Source: Crenothrix sp. D3 (lineage in GTDB: Bacteria > Pseudomonadota > Gammaproteobacteria > Methylococcales > Methylomonadaceae). Taken from it: a stretch of 64,000 nucleotides of DNA. Under the pieces are notes generated by a model. The model was given only the letters and a program-made list of their open reading frames with translations, was not told the DNA's origin and ran no database searches. The DNA lies in contig MBQZ01000103.1 in assembly GCA_002134785.1 (NCBI GenBank), positions 26,865 through 90,864 on the forward strand, given 5' to 3'. Both the position numbers and the translations under genes were made by a program. This document shows positions 16,639 through 26,184 of this stretch, one piece after another (within the stretch, counting starts at the first letter, position 1; the number at the start of each line of letters is the position of its first letter).

Positions 16639-18498
16639 TTAGTTTAGTTGAGTTGGCAGTGTATATTCATTAAGTAGTCGGGTCAATTCGTTGTAGCGAG
16701 TTTTCGATGCTCTATTGTGATTATTCCAATCTTTAATTTCATTATTCACAACTGTGATTTTATCGATTTTATCGATAGGCAAACCACAATGCAGAAACTC
16801 ATCGGTTTGAATGACCAAGAGTATAGCCTCCACCGTTCTATTCATTAGCAAGGCTATAGTTCTGTCAAACAAGCTCTGTGTATTAAGTATAAGTTGCTCA
16901 CCGAATGGCAATAAAGTCAGCTCGTGACTGCTCAGGTAACATTTGACTCCTTCTGCTGTCATTTTCTGCTGACGCTCTTTAGCAATATCAAGCGCGGCAT
17001 CACCACCAACAAAAACTTCCACAGGAATTCTGCCATCATCACTTAGAATTCTGTCGATATAGATGGGGCGATACGGTTTACTGAGTTCTGCTATAAAAGT
17101 AGGTGAAAAATTGATTTCATTGATGACCGCTCCATTTTCATGCCACGGCTGGCTAATATCTACAGACATAAGATCAACGCCAGCGGTTGATAAACCAAAC
17201 AGAGCCGCCGCTCTAATGGTAATGTCCACATTATCAGGATGAATAATTTTTGTAGCTTCTTCAGCTATCCCGCCCCATTCAGTAGACTCAACTTTTCTGA
17301 GAGGGAGAAACTGCCCTTCTTGTGAAAAACTATCAAGTGTCATGCCCACGCTCGCTAAATTTTCCACTGCCATCGCATCAGTCGGGAATGGCTTACTCCT
17401 TTTCCATGGTAATTTTACATTTTCCTTGGCGTTGGCAATGGCAATCAATTCTGCGACCGTGTGAATGCCATCACCTGTCACTGACTTGGGTATTCTTTTA
17501 AAGGCATACAGCAATTCACCACCTGAAATAAATATCCGATGACACACGCCCAATATGTGACGCTCGACCAGCACTGAGGTTGCTTTTGTCAGTTTAACGG
17601 CTAAGTTAAATGCCTCAATGAGTGTTTTTTCATCATTGACATCAATCGTTATACCTTCACCCCGATTCAAATCCAATGGTTTTACTACCACTGGCCAGCC
17701 GATAATTTTCGCTGCGTCAATTGCTTCTTTTTCGGTACTTACCATAATGTGCTGAGGTGCAGGGAGTCCTGCTGCTCGCATCACGGATGCTGAAATGAAT
17801 TTATTATTGCTCAGTTTTGCGCCTATTAACGAATCAGCTTCTGTCGTCGATATTTGAATCAGTTTCAATTTATGCCCCCAGCCAAGTTGGTAGCAACCAT
17901 CTCCGAGATGGCGAAACGGAATTTTCTTATCATAAACAGCTATCAATATAGGCAATGTGGATTTACCAGTTGCTATTTTTTTAGACATTGGCTTTATAAA
18001 TGACTTATCGATTTCATCAAGCAGGGTGTGCAGATATTCACTACTGTGTTGGTTTTTAACAGCATTAACAATAATCTGTAGTGCAACCCAATAAGCCGTT
18101 TTAGTGACATCAGCTGGCATAGAGTCAATAAAAGGTATCGCGGTTACTACAGTGAACTGGCTGGCATTTTGATCGGCTGCACTGACCTTTAGAACCCGCC
18201 CCGCATCAAAAGCAGGTATTTTTACCCCTTGAAGTAAGCGGCTTGTCAAATGCAAAATGCGCCAAACCAGTTCAACAATCATTTTTTCACAAGACCCATC
18301 TTGATACTGTTCCGACGCACCGCAGGGGACTAGAGCAATTTCAAAGGTATTTATTAACCAATCGTCGATTGCTTTAAAATCAACTTGATCAAGACGCGAA
18401 ACATTGAATGTCAGTAACGTGGCTGGTTGCGACATTCCATAATTATAGCCAAATGAGGGCGATTGAATTATCGGGTGATTAGATTTTGTGGTTTCCAT
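16639..18498 (-). CDS. Cyanophycin-synthetase-like ATP-grasp enzyme (N and G domains only; no Mur-ligase-like M domain)
   Basis: 'GWPVVVKPLDLNRGEGITIDV', 'VLVERHILGVCHRIFISGGELLYAFKRIPKSVTGDGIHTVAELI', 'IHPDNVDITIRAAALFGLSTAGVDLMSVDISQPW...AVINEINFSPTF'. These parallel the CphA ATP-grasp motifs (from memory). The protein is 619 aa versus ~870-900 aa for CphA. Confidence 0.75.
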   Translation of the reverse strand: METTKSNHPIIQSPSFGYNYGMSQPATLLTFNVSRLDQVDFKAIDDWLINTFEIALVPCGASEQYQDGSCEKMIVELVWRILHLTSRLLQGVKIPAFDAGRVLKVSAADQNASQFTVVTAIPFIDSMPADVTKTAYWVALQIIVNAVKNQHSSEYLHTLLDEIDKSFIKPMSKKIATGKSTLPILIAVYDKKIPFRHLGDGCYQLGWGHKLKLIQISTTEADSLIGAKLSNNKFISASVMRAAGLPAPQHIMVSTEKEAIDAAKIIGWPVVVKPLDLNRGEGITIDVNDEKTLIEAFNLAVKLTKATSVLVERHILGVCHRIFISGGELLYAFKRIPKSVTGDGIHTVAELIAIANAKENVKLPWKRSKPFPTDAMAVENLASVGMTLDSFSQEGQFLPLRKVESTEWGGIAEEATKIIHPDNVDITIRAAALFGLSTAGVDLMSVDISQPWHENGAVINEINFSPTFIAELSKPYRPIYIDRILSDDGRIPVEVFVGGDAALDIAKERQQKMTAEGVKCYLSSHELTLLPFGEQLILNTQSLFDRTIALLMNRTVEAILLVIQTDEFLHCGLPIDKIDKITVVNNEIKDWNNHNRASKTRYNELTRLLNEYTLPTQLN

Positions 18499-18732
18499 TT
18501 AATTATGTCTGTGTTCGTTACCAATAGTTTGGATAGTTTTTAGAAAAGAGGAAAAACTTAAATTTAGAGGGTAATGTAGTTACCAATAAATAACGACCTT
18601 AAAAGAAAGATTTCCATGATGCGACTAGAAATGATTTCAGGGTGGATTAAAAATCTCACAGCTTAGAAAAATCAAGGTACTCAAAAATAAGAACAATAGA
18701 TATAGCTAACCGTCAATAAAATGATTACAAAA

Positions 18733-18836
18733 CCGTTCGCACTGAGCTTGTCGAAGCCTGTCATGAGCTTGTCGAATGGTGTGAATGTGGTTCGACAAGG
18801 CTCTCCTGAGTTTAGCGAAGGACTCACCACGAACGG
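18733..18836. repeat. Palindromic MITE/REP-like repeat, family R2 (CCGTTCGC.CTGAGC.TGTCGAA...CTCACCACGAACGG)
   Basis: Related copy at 60602-60707. Termini ccgttcg/cgaacgg are inverted. Outer inverted flanks are 'caataaaatgat'/'atcattttattg'. Confidence 0.8.
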
Positions 18837-18977
18837 TATCATTTTATTGTATTATTGTACGTTAGCTCTATAACCCACTACCGAAAATTTTAAATTTTCT
18901 AGTGACTTTTTTCAAATTTATATGTAGAGAATCTTACACATCTTTAACAACCTTTTCACTTGTTTCAGTAGTCATGG

Positions 18978-20816
18978 TCATTTTTCCAAATAAGTATAAG
19001 CCGTTAATCCCGCTAGTAATTCTTGTTCATAATCATGCTGGTCTTTGCGACTGAGCTGACTATTCACTAGCTTTTCACGATAGGCGATTTTTAATTCTTC
19101 GGTGCTGATATGCACATAATCCAATAAATCAGCGACATTTTCACCTTTGTGCAAATCGTAAAAATGGTAGCCGTTATCATCGAGTTCGATATTAATCGAA
19201 TGGGTATCACCAAACAAATTGTGCATATCGCCTAAAATTTCTTGATACGCACCCAGCATAAAAAACCCAATAAGATACGGCTGTTCGCTATCAATAGCAT
19301 GAATGGGTAGCGTGTGTTCGATATTCTGACCATCAATATATTGGTCAATACGTCCGTCGGAATCACAGGTTAAATCCTGTAATACAGCGCGACGTGTTGG
19401 CTGTTCATTCAAGCGATGAATCGGCATAATGGGGAAAATTTGATCAATCCCCCAGACATCGGGCAGTGATTGAAACAGCGAGAAGTTACAAAACACTTTA
19501 TCTGCCAATTTTTCATCAAGTTCTTGCAAAATGGTCGCTTCGCTTTGATTCGTTGGATTAAGTTGATTTTTAATCTGCTGACAGACCAGCGCGTAATTAT
19601 TTTCAGCAGCCGCTAAGCCATCAATGCTTAATTTATCTTGGGTAAATTGAGTTCGCGCTTCAAACAGTGAGAACTGGGCATTGTGATAATGTTCCGTTAA
19701 ATTCGCGACACTGGGTAACGCTAATAACTCGGCTTCATTGCTGTAAACGGATTCCACATCGGTGACATTGGTGATAAGTACCGCGTGATGCGCAGTCAAC
19801 GCTCTGCCTGATTCGGTAATAATATTCGGTTGCGGCAGTTCTTTTTCTGCACAAATATCGGCAAAACTGCGAACTATATTTTGCGCGTATTCATCCAAAC
19901 TGTAATTAATCGACGATTCACGGCGTGAGCGGCTACCGTCATAATCCACCCCTAAACCACCACCTGCATCAACAATTTTTATGTCCGCGCCCAAACGATG
20001 TAATTCAACATAAAACTGCCCTGCTTCTTTGAGTGCGATTTTAATGTCATGAATATTGGCAATTTGCGAACCCATGTGAAAGTGCATGAGCTTCAGCGTA
20101 TCTAATAAATCCGCTTGTTTTAGACGGTCAATCAGTTGCAATACTTCGTGAGCATGAAAACCGAATTTGGATTTTTCGCCGCCGCTGTTTTGCCATTTAC
20201 CCGCGCTGATACTGGATAAACGAATCCGCACGCCTAATTGTGGCTTTACATTGAGCTTTGCCGCTTCTTCAATAATGAGTTCGAGTTCGAGTGGTTTTTC
20301 AATGACTAGATATAAATCTAAGCCCATTTTCAAACCAATCAACGCGAGGCGAATATAAGCGCGGTCTTTGTAACCATTGCAAATAACTACACCTTTTTTA
20401 GATAACGCCATAATGACGAGTAATTCAGGTTTACTACCTGCTTCCAAACCAATATTATCTGCCGCTAAAATGCCTTCCACGACTTTGCGTTGTTGATTGA
20501 CTTTAATGGGATAAACAGGCGTGTAACTGCCTTGATAATTGTGTTGCACACAGGCTTTAGCAAAGGCGTTTTGTAAGCGTTTCACACGGTCTTTTAAAAT
20601 ATCCGTAAAACGCACTAACACGGGTAGCGACAACTGCTTGTCATTAAGTGATAGAGCTATCTCATATAAATCTAACTCAGTTGCTTGTTCTGAACTGGGT
20701 TTAACGCAGACATGACCTTTATCATTAATGGAAAAATAACCATCACCCCAGTTGTCGATGGCGTAAGTTTGTGCTGATTGCTGGATTGTCCACGTTGGGT
20801 TGGTGCTTGAATTCAC
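18978..20816 (-). CDS. speA: Biosynthetic arginine decarboxylase
   Basis: 612 aa. 'WGDGYFSIN', 'YPIKVNQQ' (PLP lysine), 'GGGLGVDYDG' and the conserved C-terminal region. Confidence 0.95.
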   Translation of the reverse strand: MNSSTNPTWTIQQSAQTYAIDNWGDGYFSINDKGHVCVKPSSEQATELDLYEIALSLNDKQLSLPVLVRFTDILKDRVKRLQNAFAKACVQHNYQGSYTPVYPIKVNQQRKVVEGILAADNIGLEAGSKPELLVIMALSKKGVVICNGYKDRAYIRLALIGLKMGLDLYLVIEKPLELELIIEEAAKLNVKPQLGVRIRLSSISAGKWQNSGGEKSKFGFHAHEVLQLIDRLKQADLLDTLKLMHFHMGSQIANIHDIKIALKEAGQFYVELHRLGADIKIVDAGGGLGVDYDGSRSRRESSINYSLDEYAQNIVRSFADICAEKELPQPNIITESGRALTAHHAVLITNVTDVESVYSNEAELLALPSVANLTEHYHNAQFSLFEARTQFTQDKLSIDGLAAAENNYALVCQQIKNQLNPTNQSEATILQELDEKLADKVFCNFSLFQSLPDVWGIDQIFPIMPIHRLNEQPTRRAVLQDLTCDSDGRIDQYIDGQNIEHTLPIHAIDSEQPYLIGFFMLGAYQEILGDMHNLFGDTHSINIELDDNGYHFYDLHKGENVADLLDYVHISTEELKIAYREKLVNSQLSRKDQHDYEQELLAGLTAYTYLEK

Positions 20817-21017
20817 TGTTTAACTCCGTTAAGTCCTGTTGACGATGGCAACATTATAGGCTTTCTTCGTGACTTTCTAGTGAAGATAACACGCTATTTC
20901 GTCGTAATATTTTTTTTGGAGAGGTAAATGGTTTGCAGTTAATTTCACATTCGTTTGCGCGATATAGGCGTAAATGCTTTATCATTAGCGGCTTAATTTA
21001 GAGTCCTCTGGTTGTTA

Positions 21018-21995
21018 ATGAAACTACATGATGAAAAGCTCCGCGCCTTAGGTCTTGCGGTTATCCAAGTGGAAACCCAAGCCATCGCCGCTTTAGCTGC
21101 ACAGATTAATGATCAGTTTGTCCTCGCCTGTAAACTGATGTTTGCCTGTAAAGGACGCGTAGTGGTCACAGGCATGGGTAAATCAGGGCATATTGCGGGT
21201 AAAATTGCCGCGACCTTGGCTAGTACGGGAACGCCTGCGTTTTTTGTGCATTCAGGTGAAGCCAGTCACGGTGATTTGGGCATGATTACCGCGCAAGATG
21301 TGGTACTGGCATTGTCCAATTCGGGTGAAACTGAGGAAGTCATTACTATACTGCCGATTATTAAACGTTTGGGCGTGCCGTTGATTGCGATGACAGGGAA
21401 TTCTGATTCAAGTTTGGCTAAATTTGCTACAGCGCATATTAATGTATCGGTTCAGCAAGAAGCCTGTCCGCTGGGGTTAGCACCCACCTCCAGTACAACT
21501 GCCGCGTTGGTGATGGGTGATGCACTTGCAGTGTCTTTGCTTGATGCACGCGGTTTTACGCGGGATGATTTTGCGTTATCACATCCAGGTGGCAGTTTAG
21601 GTAAACGATTGTTATTGCGTGTCAGTGATATGATGCACGTTGGTGAGCAAGTGCCTTTTGTGCAGGAGTCCGCGTTTATCAGCGAAGCCTTGCTAGAAAT
21701 GACGGAGAAAAAATTGGGCATGACGGCGATTGTCAATGCGCAGGGTCAAGTCAGTGGCATTTTTACCGATGGTGATTTACGCCGTATGCTATCTAAAAAT
21801 CTGAACATTCACACCACCTGCATTATGGATGTCATGACGACTCATTGTGCGGTGATTAACGCTGATATTTTAGCCGCCGAAGCCATGCAGATTATGGAAC
21901 GCAAAAAAATTAACGCGCTAATCGTGGTCGATGACCAGCAACACGCGATAGGGGCGTTGAATATGCACGATTTAATCCGCGCAGGGATTGTGTAA
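21018..21995 (+). CDS. kdsD: Arabinose-5-phosphate isomerase (SIS plus 2 x CBS)
   Basis: 'GRVVVTGMGKSGHIAGKIAATLASTGTPAFFVH', 'SHPGGSLGKRLL', and its position ahead of kdsC-lptCAB. Confidence 0.9.
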   Translation: MKLHDEKLRALGLAVIQVETQAIAALAAQINDQFVLACKLMFACKGRVVVTGMGKSGHIAGKIAATLASTGTPAFFVHSGEASHGDLGMITAQDVVLALSNSGETEEVITILPIIKRLGVPLIAMTGNSDSSLAKFATAHINVSVQQEACPLGLAPTSSTTAALVMGDALAVSLLDARGFTRDDFALSHPGGSLGKRLLLRVSDMMHVGEQVPFVQESAFISEALLEMTEKKLGMTAIVNAQGQVSGIFTDGDLRRMLSKNLNIHTTCIMDVMTTHCAVINADILAAEAMQIMERKKINALIVVDDQQHAIGALNMHDLIRAGIV

Positions 21996-22525
21996 TGATG
22001 AATAACGAACTGATTGAAAAAGCAAAAAAACTGAAATTATTGATTCTCGATGTCGATGGCGTACTGACTGATGGCAAGCTGTTTTTTGATAATGATGGCA
22101 ATGAATATAAGTCGTTTCATGCGCGGGATGGGCATGGTATTAAGCTGTTACGGCAAACGGGTGTAGAAGTCGCGGTTATTTCAGGTCGAAAATCCAACTC
22201 AGTCGCGCTACGCATGAAAAGTCTAGGTATTGAATATGTTTATCAAGGGCATGAAAATAAAATTGCCGCGTTTAATGAGATTATTGCGAAACTAGGCATT
22301 AGCCCAGAACAAGCCGCTCATGTCGGGGATGATGTATTAGATTTACCCGTGATGAGTCGCGTAGGTTTAGCGATTGCGGTACAAGATGCAAACGATGCCG
22401 TTAAACAACGCGCGGATTGGTGTACTGAGTTAGCGGGTGGTTGTGGTGCGGTGCGTGAAGTCTGTGATTTTATTATGCAGGCACAAGGTACATTTGATGA
22501 CGTATTAAGCCCTTATCTCAAATGA
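21995..22525 (+). CDS. kdsC: 3-deoxy-D-manno-octulosonate 8-phosphate phosphatase
   Basis: HAD motif 'LLILDVDGVLTDGKL' and 'GDDVLDLPVM'. Confidence 0.9.
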   Translation: MMNNELIEKAKKLKLLILDVDGVLTDGKLFFDNDGNEYKSFHARDGHGIKLLRQTGVEVAVISGRKSNSVALRMKSLGIEYVYQGHENKIAAFNEIIAKLGISPEQAAHVGDDVLDLPVMSRVGLAIAVQDANDAVKQRADWCTELAGGCGAVREVCDFIMQAQGTFDDVLSPYLK

Positions 22526-23091
22526 AGAATTTAAGAAACAAAAAATTTTATCTAACACTAACCACGGCTGCTCTTGTGAGCTGGGGGCTAGTTAGACTCA
22601 TAGATAGCGATGAGTGGCAAAAAACTGTTGTACCCGCACACAGTACCGATTATTTCAGTAACGGCTATACTAAATTTGAAATGAATGAACTGGGTAGATT
22701 AAATAAGAAATTGATTGCAGATCAAGTCTCGCATTACAGTGATGATGACACCACGCATTCAGTCAATCCTGTAATATTTTTTTATAAAGAACAAAGCCCT
22801 CCGTGGGTTATTAAATCCGAAAAAGGTATTTTGTCTGCCGATGGCAACAATCTGTTATTAAACGGTAAAGCCATTGTTAGCCGTGCTAAAGCAAAGGGCG
22901 TGACAGAACTGACCATTAATACGTCTAATCTACGCGTAAAACTAGACACAAGTTATGCAGAAACTGATGAATGGACTGAATTAATGAGTCCGCCTAATAT
23001 CACCACGGGCATCGGCATGAAATTGGTTTTTGTAAGCCCTATTCATCTGGAATTACTGGCAAATGTAAAAGGAAAATATGAAACAAATTAA
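22522..23091 (+). CDS. lptC: LPS export system protein LptC
   Basis: N-terminal membrane anchor, ~190 aa, located between kdsC and lptA. Confidence 0.75.
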   Translation: MKNLRNKKFYLTLTTAALVSWGLVRLIDSDEWQKTVVPAHSTDYFSNGYTKFEMNELGRLNKKLIADQVSHYSDDDTTHSVNPVIFFYKEQSPPWVIKSEKGILSADGNNLLLNGKAIVSRAKAKGVTELTINTSNLRVKLDTSYAETDEWTELMSPPNITTGIGMKLVFVSPIHLELLANVKGKYETN

Positions 23092-23587
23092 TAAACACTG
23101 CTGTGTACTGTTACTGGGACTTTATAGTGCAGGTACTTTCGCCCTAGAAACTGACAAAGATCAGCCCATCACCATTGATTCCAATACCGCGACTTATGAT
23201 GATGCCACTGGCACCAGTATTTATACGGGTGCTGTCATCTCCATTCAAGGCAGTTTACGCGTAGAATCGGACAAGTTGGTGGTCTATTTTAAAGATGGCG
23301 ATGCCGAACAAATGGTCTTTACGGGCAATCGGGCAAAGTTTAAACAAACGCCTAGCGAGGGGAGTGAGGATATAACAGGCGAAGCCTTAACGGGGGAGTA
23401 TTATCCTAAGAAAAATCTGTTAATACTGAAAGATGAGGCGACCGTGTGGCAAGGTAACGGTACTTATTCAAGCAAACTGATTGAGTATGACAGTAAAACC
23501 TCAGTGGTTAAAGCGGGTGAAGCCAAGTCGGATGCGATGCGTGTGCGAGTGACTTTACAACCGAAATCTAAAGAAAAAAAGAAGTAA
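23078..23587 (+). CDS. lptA: LPS transport periplasmic protein LptA
   Basis: Signal peptide, the OstA-like '[15 protein letters not shown]' start, and synteny. Confidence 0.85.
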   Translation: MKQINKHCCVLLLGLYSAGTFALETDKDQPITIDSNTATYDDATGTSIYTGAVISIQGSLRVESDKLVVYFKDGDAEQMVFTGNRAKFKQTPSEGSEDITGEALTGEYYPKKNLLILKDEATVWQGNGTYSSKLIEYDSKTSVVKAGEAKSDAMRVRVTLQPKSKEKKK

Positions 23588-24312
23588 TGACTACTCTCGC
23601 AGCAACGCAAATCATAAAATCTTATAACGGGCGTAATGTCGTTAACGGTGTTTCTTTACAGGTTCATACCAGTGAAGTCGTCGGCTTACTAGGACCTAAT
23701 GGTGCGGGAAAAACCACCAGTTTTTATATGATGGTGGGGCTAATTAAAGCCGACACGGGGAAAATTACCCTCGATAATCATGATATAACGCACCATCCTA
23801 TGCACTTAAGAGCGCAGTTAGGTATTGGTTATTTACCCCAAGAACCCTCAATATTTCGCAAATTAAGTGTGGCAGATAATCTACGCGCAGTATTACAAAT
23901 TCGCTCTGATTTAACGCGCGGGGAGATGGAATTGGTGATTGAAGAGTTATTAGAAGAATTTCACATCACTCGATTACGCAATCAGCAAGCGTCCAGTTTG
24001 TCAGGCGGTGAGCGGCGGCGGTTAGAAATTGCGCGGGCATTGGCAACCAATCCACAGTTTATTTTATTGGATGAACCCTTTGCGGGTGTCGATCCTATCT
24101 CAGTAGAAGATATTAAAAAAATCATCACCCAGTTGAAAGATCGGGGTATTGGTGTGTTAATTACTGAGCATAACGTCAGAGAAACCTTAGGTATTTGTGA
24201 TCGTGCCTATATTCTAAACCAAGGTCAAGTCATTGCGGAAGGCGGCGCGGAAGCGATTGTTGCCAATGAGCAAGTACGCAACGTTTACCTAGGTAATAAT
24301 TTTAGCCTTTAA
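23587..24312 (+). CDS. lptB: LPS export ABC transporter ATP-binding protein
   Basis: Walker A 'GPNGAGKTT', signature 'LSGGERRR', Walker B 'ILLDEP'. Confidence 0.95.
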   Translation: MTTLAATQIIKSYNGRNVVNGVSLQVHTSEVVGLLGPNGAGKTTSFYMMVGLIKADTGKITLDNHDITHHPMHLRAQLGIGYLPQEPSIFRKLSVADNLRAVLQIRSDLTRGEMELVIEELLEEFHITRLRNQQASSLSGGERRRLEIARALATNPQFILLDEPFAGVDPISVEDIKKIITQLKDRGIGVLITEHNVRETLGICDRAYILNQGQVIAEGGAEAIVANEQVRNVYLGNNFSL

Positions 24313-24330
24313 CTATTAAATAACGGTCGC

Positions 24331-25779
24331 ATGAAGCAATCTTTAAATCTTCGCTTAGGGCAGCAACTTTCGCTGACCCCACAATTGCAGCAATCACTCA
24401 AATTGTTGCAGATGTCTACCTTAGATTTACAGCAAGAAATCCAGCAAGCACTTGAGTCTAATATGATGCTGGAAATCGAGGAAGACAGCACCACGCAACC
24501 TTTTGACACGTCTTTTGATGTTGATAAAAAAGCGAACAATACCGACTTACAAACCAGTGAAGGTTCACAAACTGATATTCCAGACGAATTGCCCACCGAC
24601 TCCTCATGGGAAGATATTTATGAAAGCGCGTTAATATCAACGGATAATTCCAGTGATTTAATTGACTTTGAACCCCAAAATAGTAAAGCAAACACCTTGC
24701 TAGATTACTTATTGTGGCAATTAGAATTAACGCATTTTTCAGAGCGAGATCAAGCGATTGCGATTACTGTCATAGATTCCATCAATGAAGACGGTTATCT
24801 TGGCTGTTCACTTGAAGATATTTTTCAAGGCTTGCAAAACCAATTGGATGACCTTGAATTTGATGAAGTTATCGCTGTGCTACACCGCATTCAAAGTTTT
24901 GAACCCGCAGGTGTCGGGGCGAAAAATTTAAGTGATTGTTTGCGCATACAATTACAACAACTACCTGATAGCACGCTTTACAAAACGGAAGCACTCGCCA
25001 TTGTCACGCACTATTTGGATATTTTAGCAACGCACGACCAAGAAAAACTTATGCGTGAACTGCAATTAAGTGAACAACACACGCGTTCAGTTATTGCCTT
25101 AATTAGAACCCTAGATCCTAAACCAGGAGCTAAAATACAAGAATCGGATTATGAATATATAATCCCAGACGTGTATGTGGTAAAACTAAGCGGGCAGTGG
25201 CAGGTTAGTCTTAATCGAGATGTCGCGCATAAATTACGGGTTAATCCGTTTTATTCATCACTCATTAAACGCGCAGATAACAGTAGCGACAACACCACGA
25301 TGAAAAATCATTTGCAAGAAGCTAAATGGTTCATCAAAAGTCTACATAATCGGAACGATACCCTATTGCGGGTTGCTCGCTGTATCGTGGAAAAACAAAC
25401 TGGCTTTTTGGAACACGGCTCAGTTGCCATGCGCCCGATGATACTGAAAGATATTGCCGATGAATTGGAATTACACGAATCAACCATATCGCGTGTCACC
25501 ACCCAAAAATATATGCACACACCCAATGGCATTGTTGAATTTAAATATTTTTTTTCCAGTCATGTATCAACAAAGTCAGGCGGCGAATGTTCATCAACAG
25601 CGATTCGCGCCTTTATTAAAGAATTAATTAGCACCGAAAATTTAGCAAAACCGCTAAGTGATGACAAAATAGCCACCCTTTTAAAAGAAAAAGGCATCAT
25701 TGTTGCCAGAAGAACCGTTGCCAAGTATCGTGAGGCAATGGCGATTTCACCATCAAATCAGAGAAAGCGCGTGTTATAA
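24331..25779 (+). CDS. rpoN: RNA polymerase sigma-54 factor
   Basis: 'MKQSLNLRLGQQLSLTPQLQQSLKLLQ' and the RpoN box 'ARRTVAKYREAM'. Confidence 0.95.
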   Translation: MKQSLNLRLGQQLSLTPQLQQSLKLLQMSTLDLQQEIQQALESNMMLEIEEDSTTQPFDTSFDVDKKANNTDLQTSEGSQTDIPDELPTDSSWEDIYESALISTDNSSDLIDFEPQNSKANTLLDYLLWQLELTHFSERDQAIAITVIDSINEDGYLGCSLEDIFQGLQNQLDDLEFDEVIAVLHRIQSFEPAGVGAKNLSDCLRIQLQQLPDSTLYKTEALAIVTHYLDILATHDQEKLMRELQLSEQHTRSVIALIRTLDPKPGAKIQESDYEYIIPDVYVVKLSGQWQVSLNRDVAHKLRVNPFYSSLIKRADNSSDNTTMKNHLQEAKWFIKSLHNRNDTLLRVARCIVEKQTGFLEHGSVAMRPMILKDIADELELHESTISRVTTQKYMHTPNGIVEFKYFFSSHVSTKSGGECSSTAIRAFIKELISTENLAKPLSDDKIATLLKEKGIIVARRTVAKYREAMAISPSNQRKRVL

Positions 25780-25826
25780 GCGCGAACTGAAGCACCATCC
25801 ATCATTATTAAAAAAGGAGTATTACC

Positions 25827-26114
25827 ATGCAAGTTATCGTAACAGGACATCATCTTGAAGTCACCGACGCATTAAAAGCGCATATCGACGACAAATTCGC
25901 TAAATTAGCGCGTCATTTTGATAAAGTTACAGAAGTACACGTTATTTTAAGCGTAGAGAAATTGGTTCAAAAAGCGGAAGCGACACTGCAACTAAGCGGT
26001 GCAAAATTATTCGCTGAAGATCATCAAGAAAATATGTACGCTGCTATTGATGCAATGGTTGACAAGTTAGATCGTCAAATCACTAAACACAAAGAAAAAC
26101 ATAATCAGCATTAA
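25827..26114 (+). CDS. hpf: Ribosome hibernation promoting factor (short form)
   Basis: 95 aa, 'MQVIVTGHHLEVTDALKAHI', immediately downstream of rpoN. Confidence 0.9.
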   Translation: MQVIVTGHHLEVTDALKAHIDDKFAKLARHFDKVTEVHVILSVEKLVQKAEATLQLSGAKLFAEDHQENMYAAIDAMVDKLDRQITKHKEKHNQH

Positions 26115-26184
26115 TAAAAAGCTAACAGGTTTAAGGTGCGAATTTTCGCGCCTTAAACATTGATCTTTTATACCCCATAAATTT

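Noticed and set aside
14684-18977. Compositional (GC) deviation of the speA island
   Set aside because: Hand counts of a few 60-nt lines gave 38-50% GC inside, versus 43-58% in the flanks. That is too noisy to claim a difference and needs a proper sliding-window calculation.
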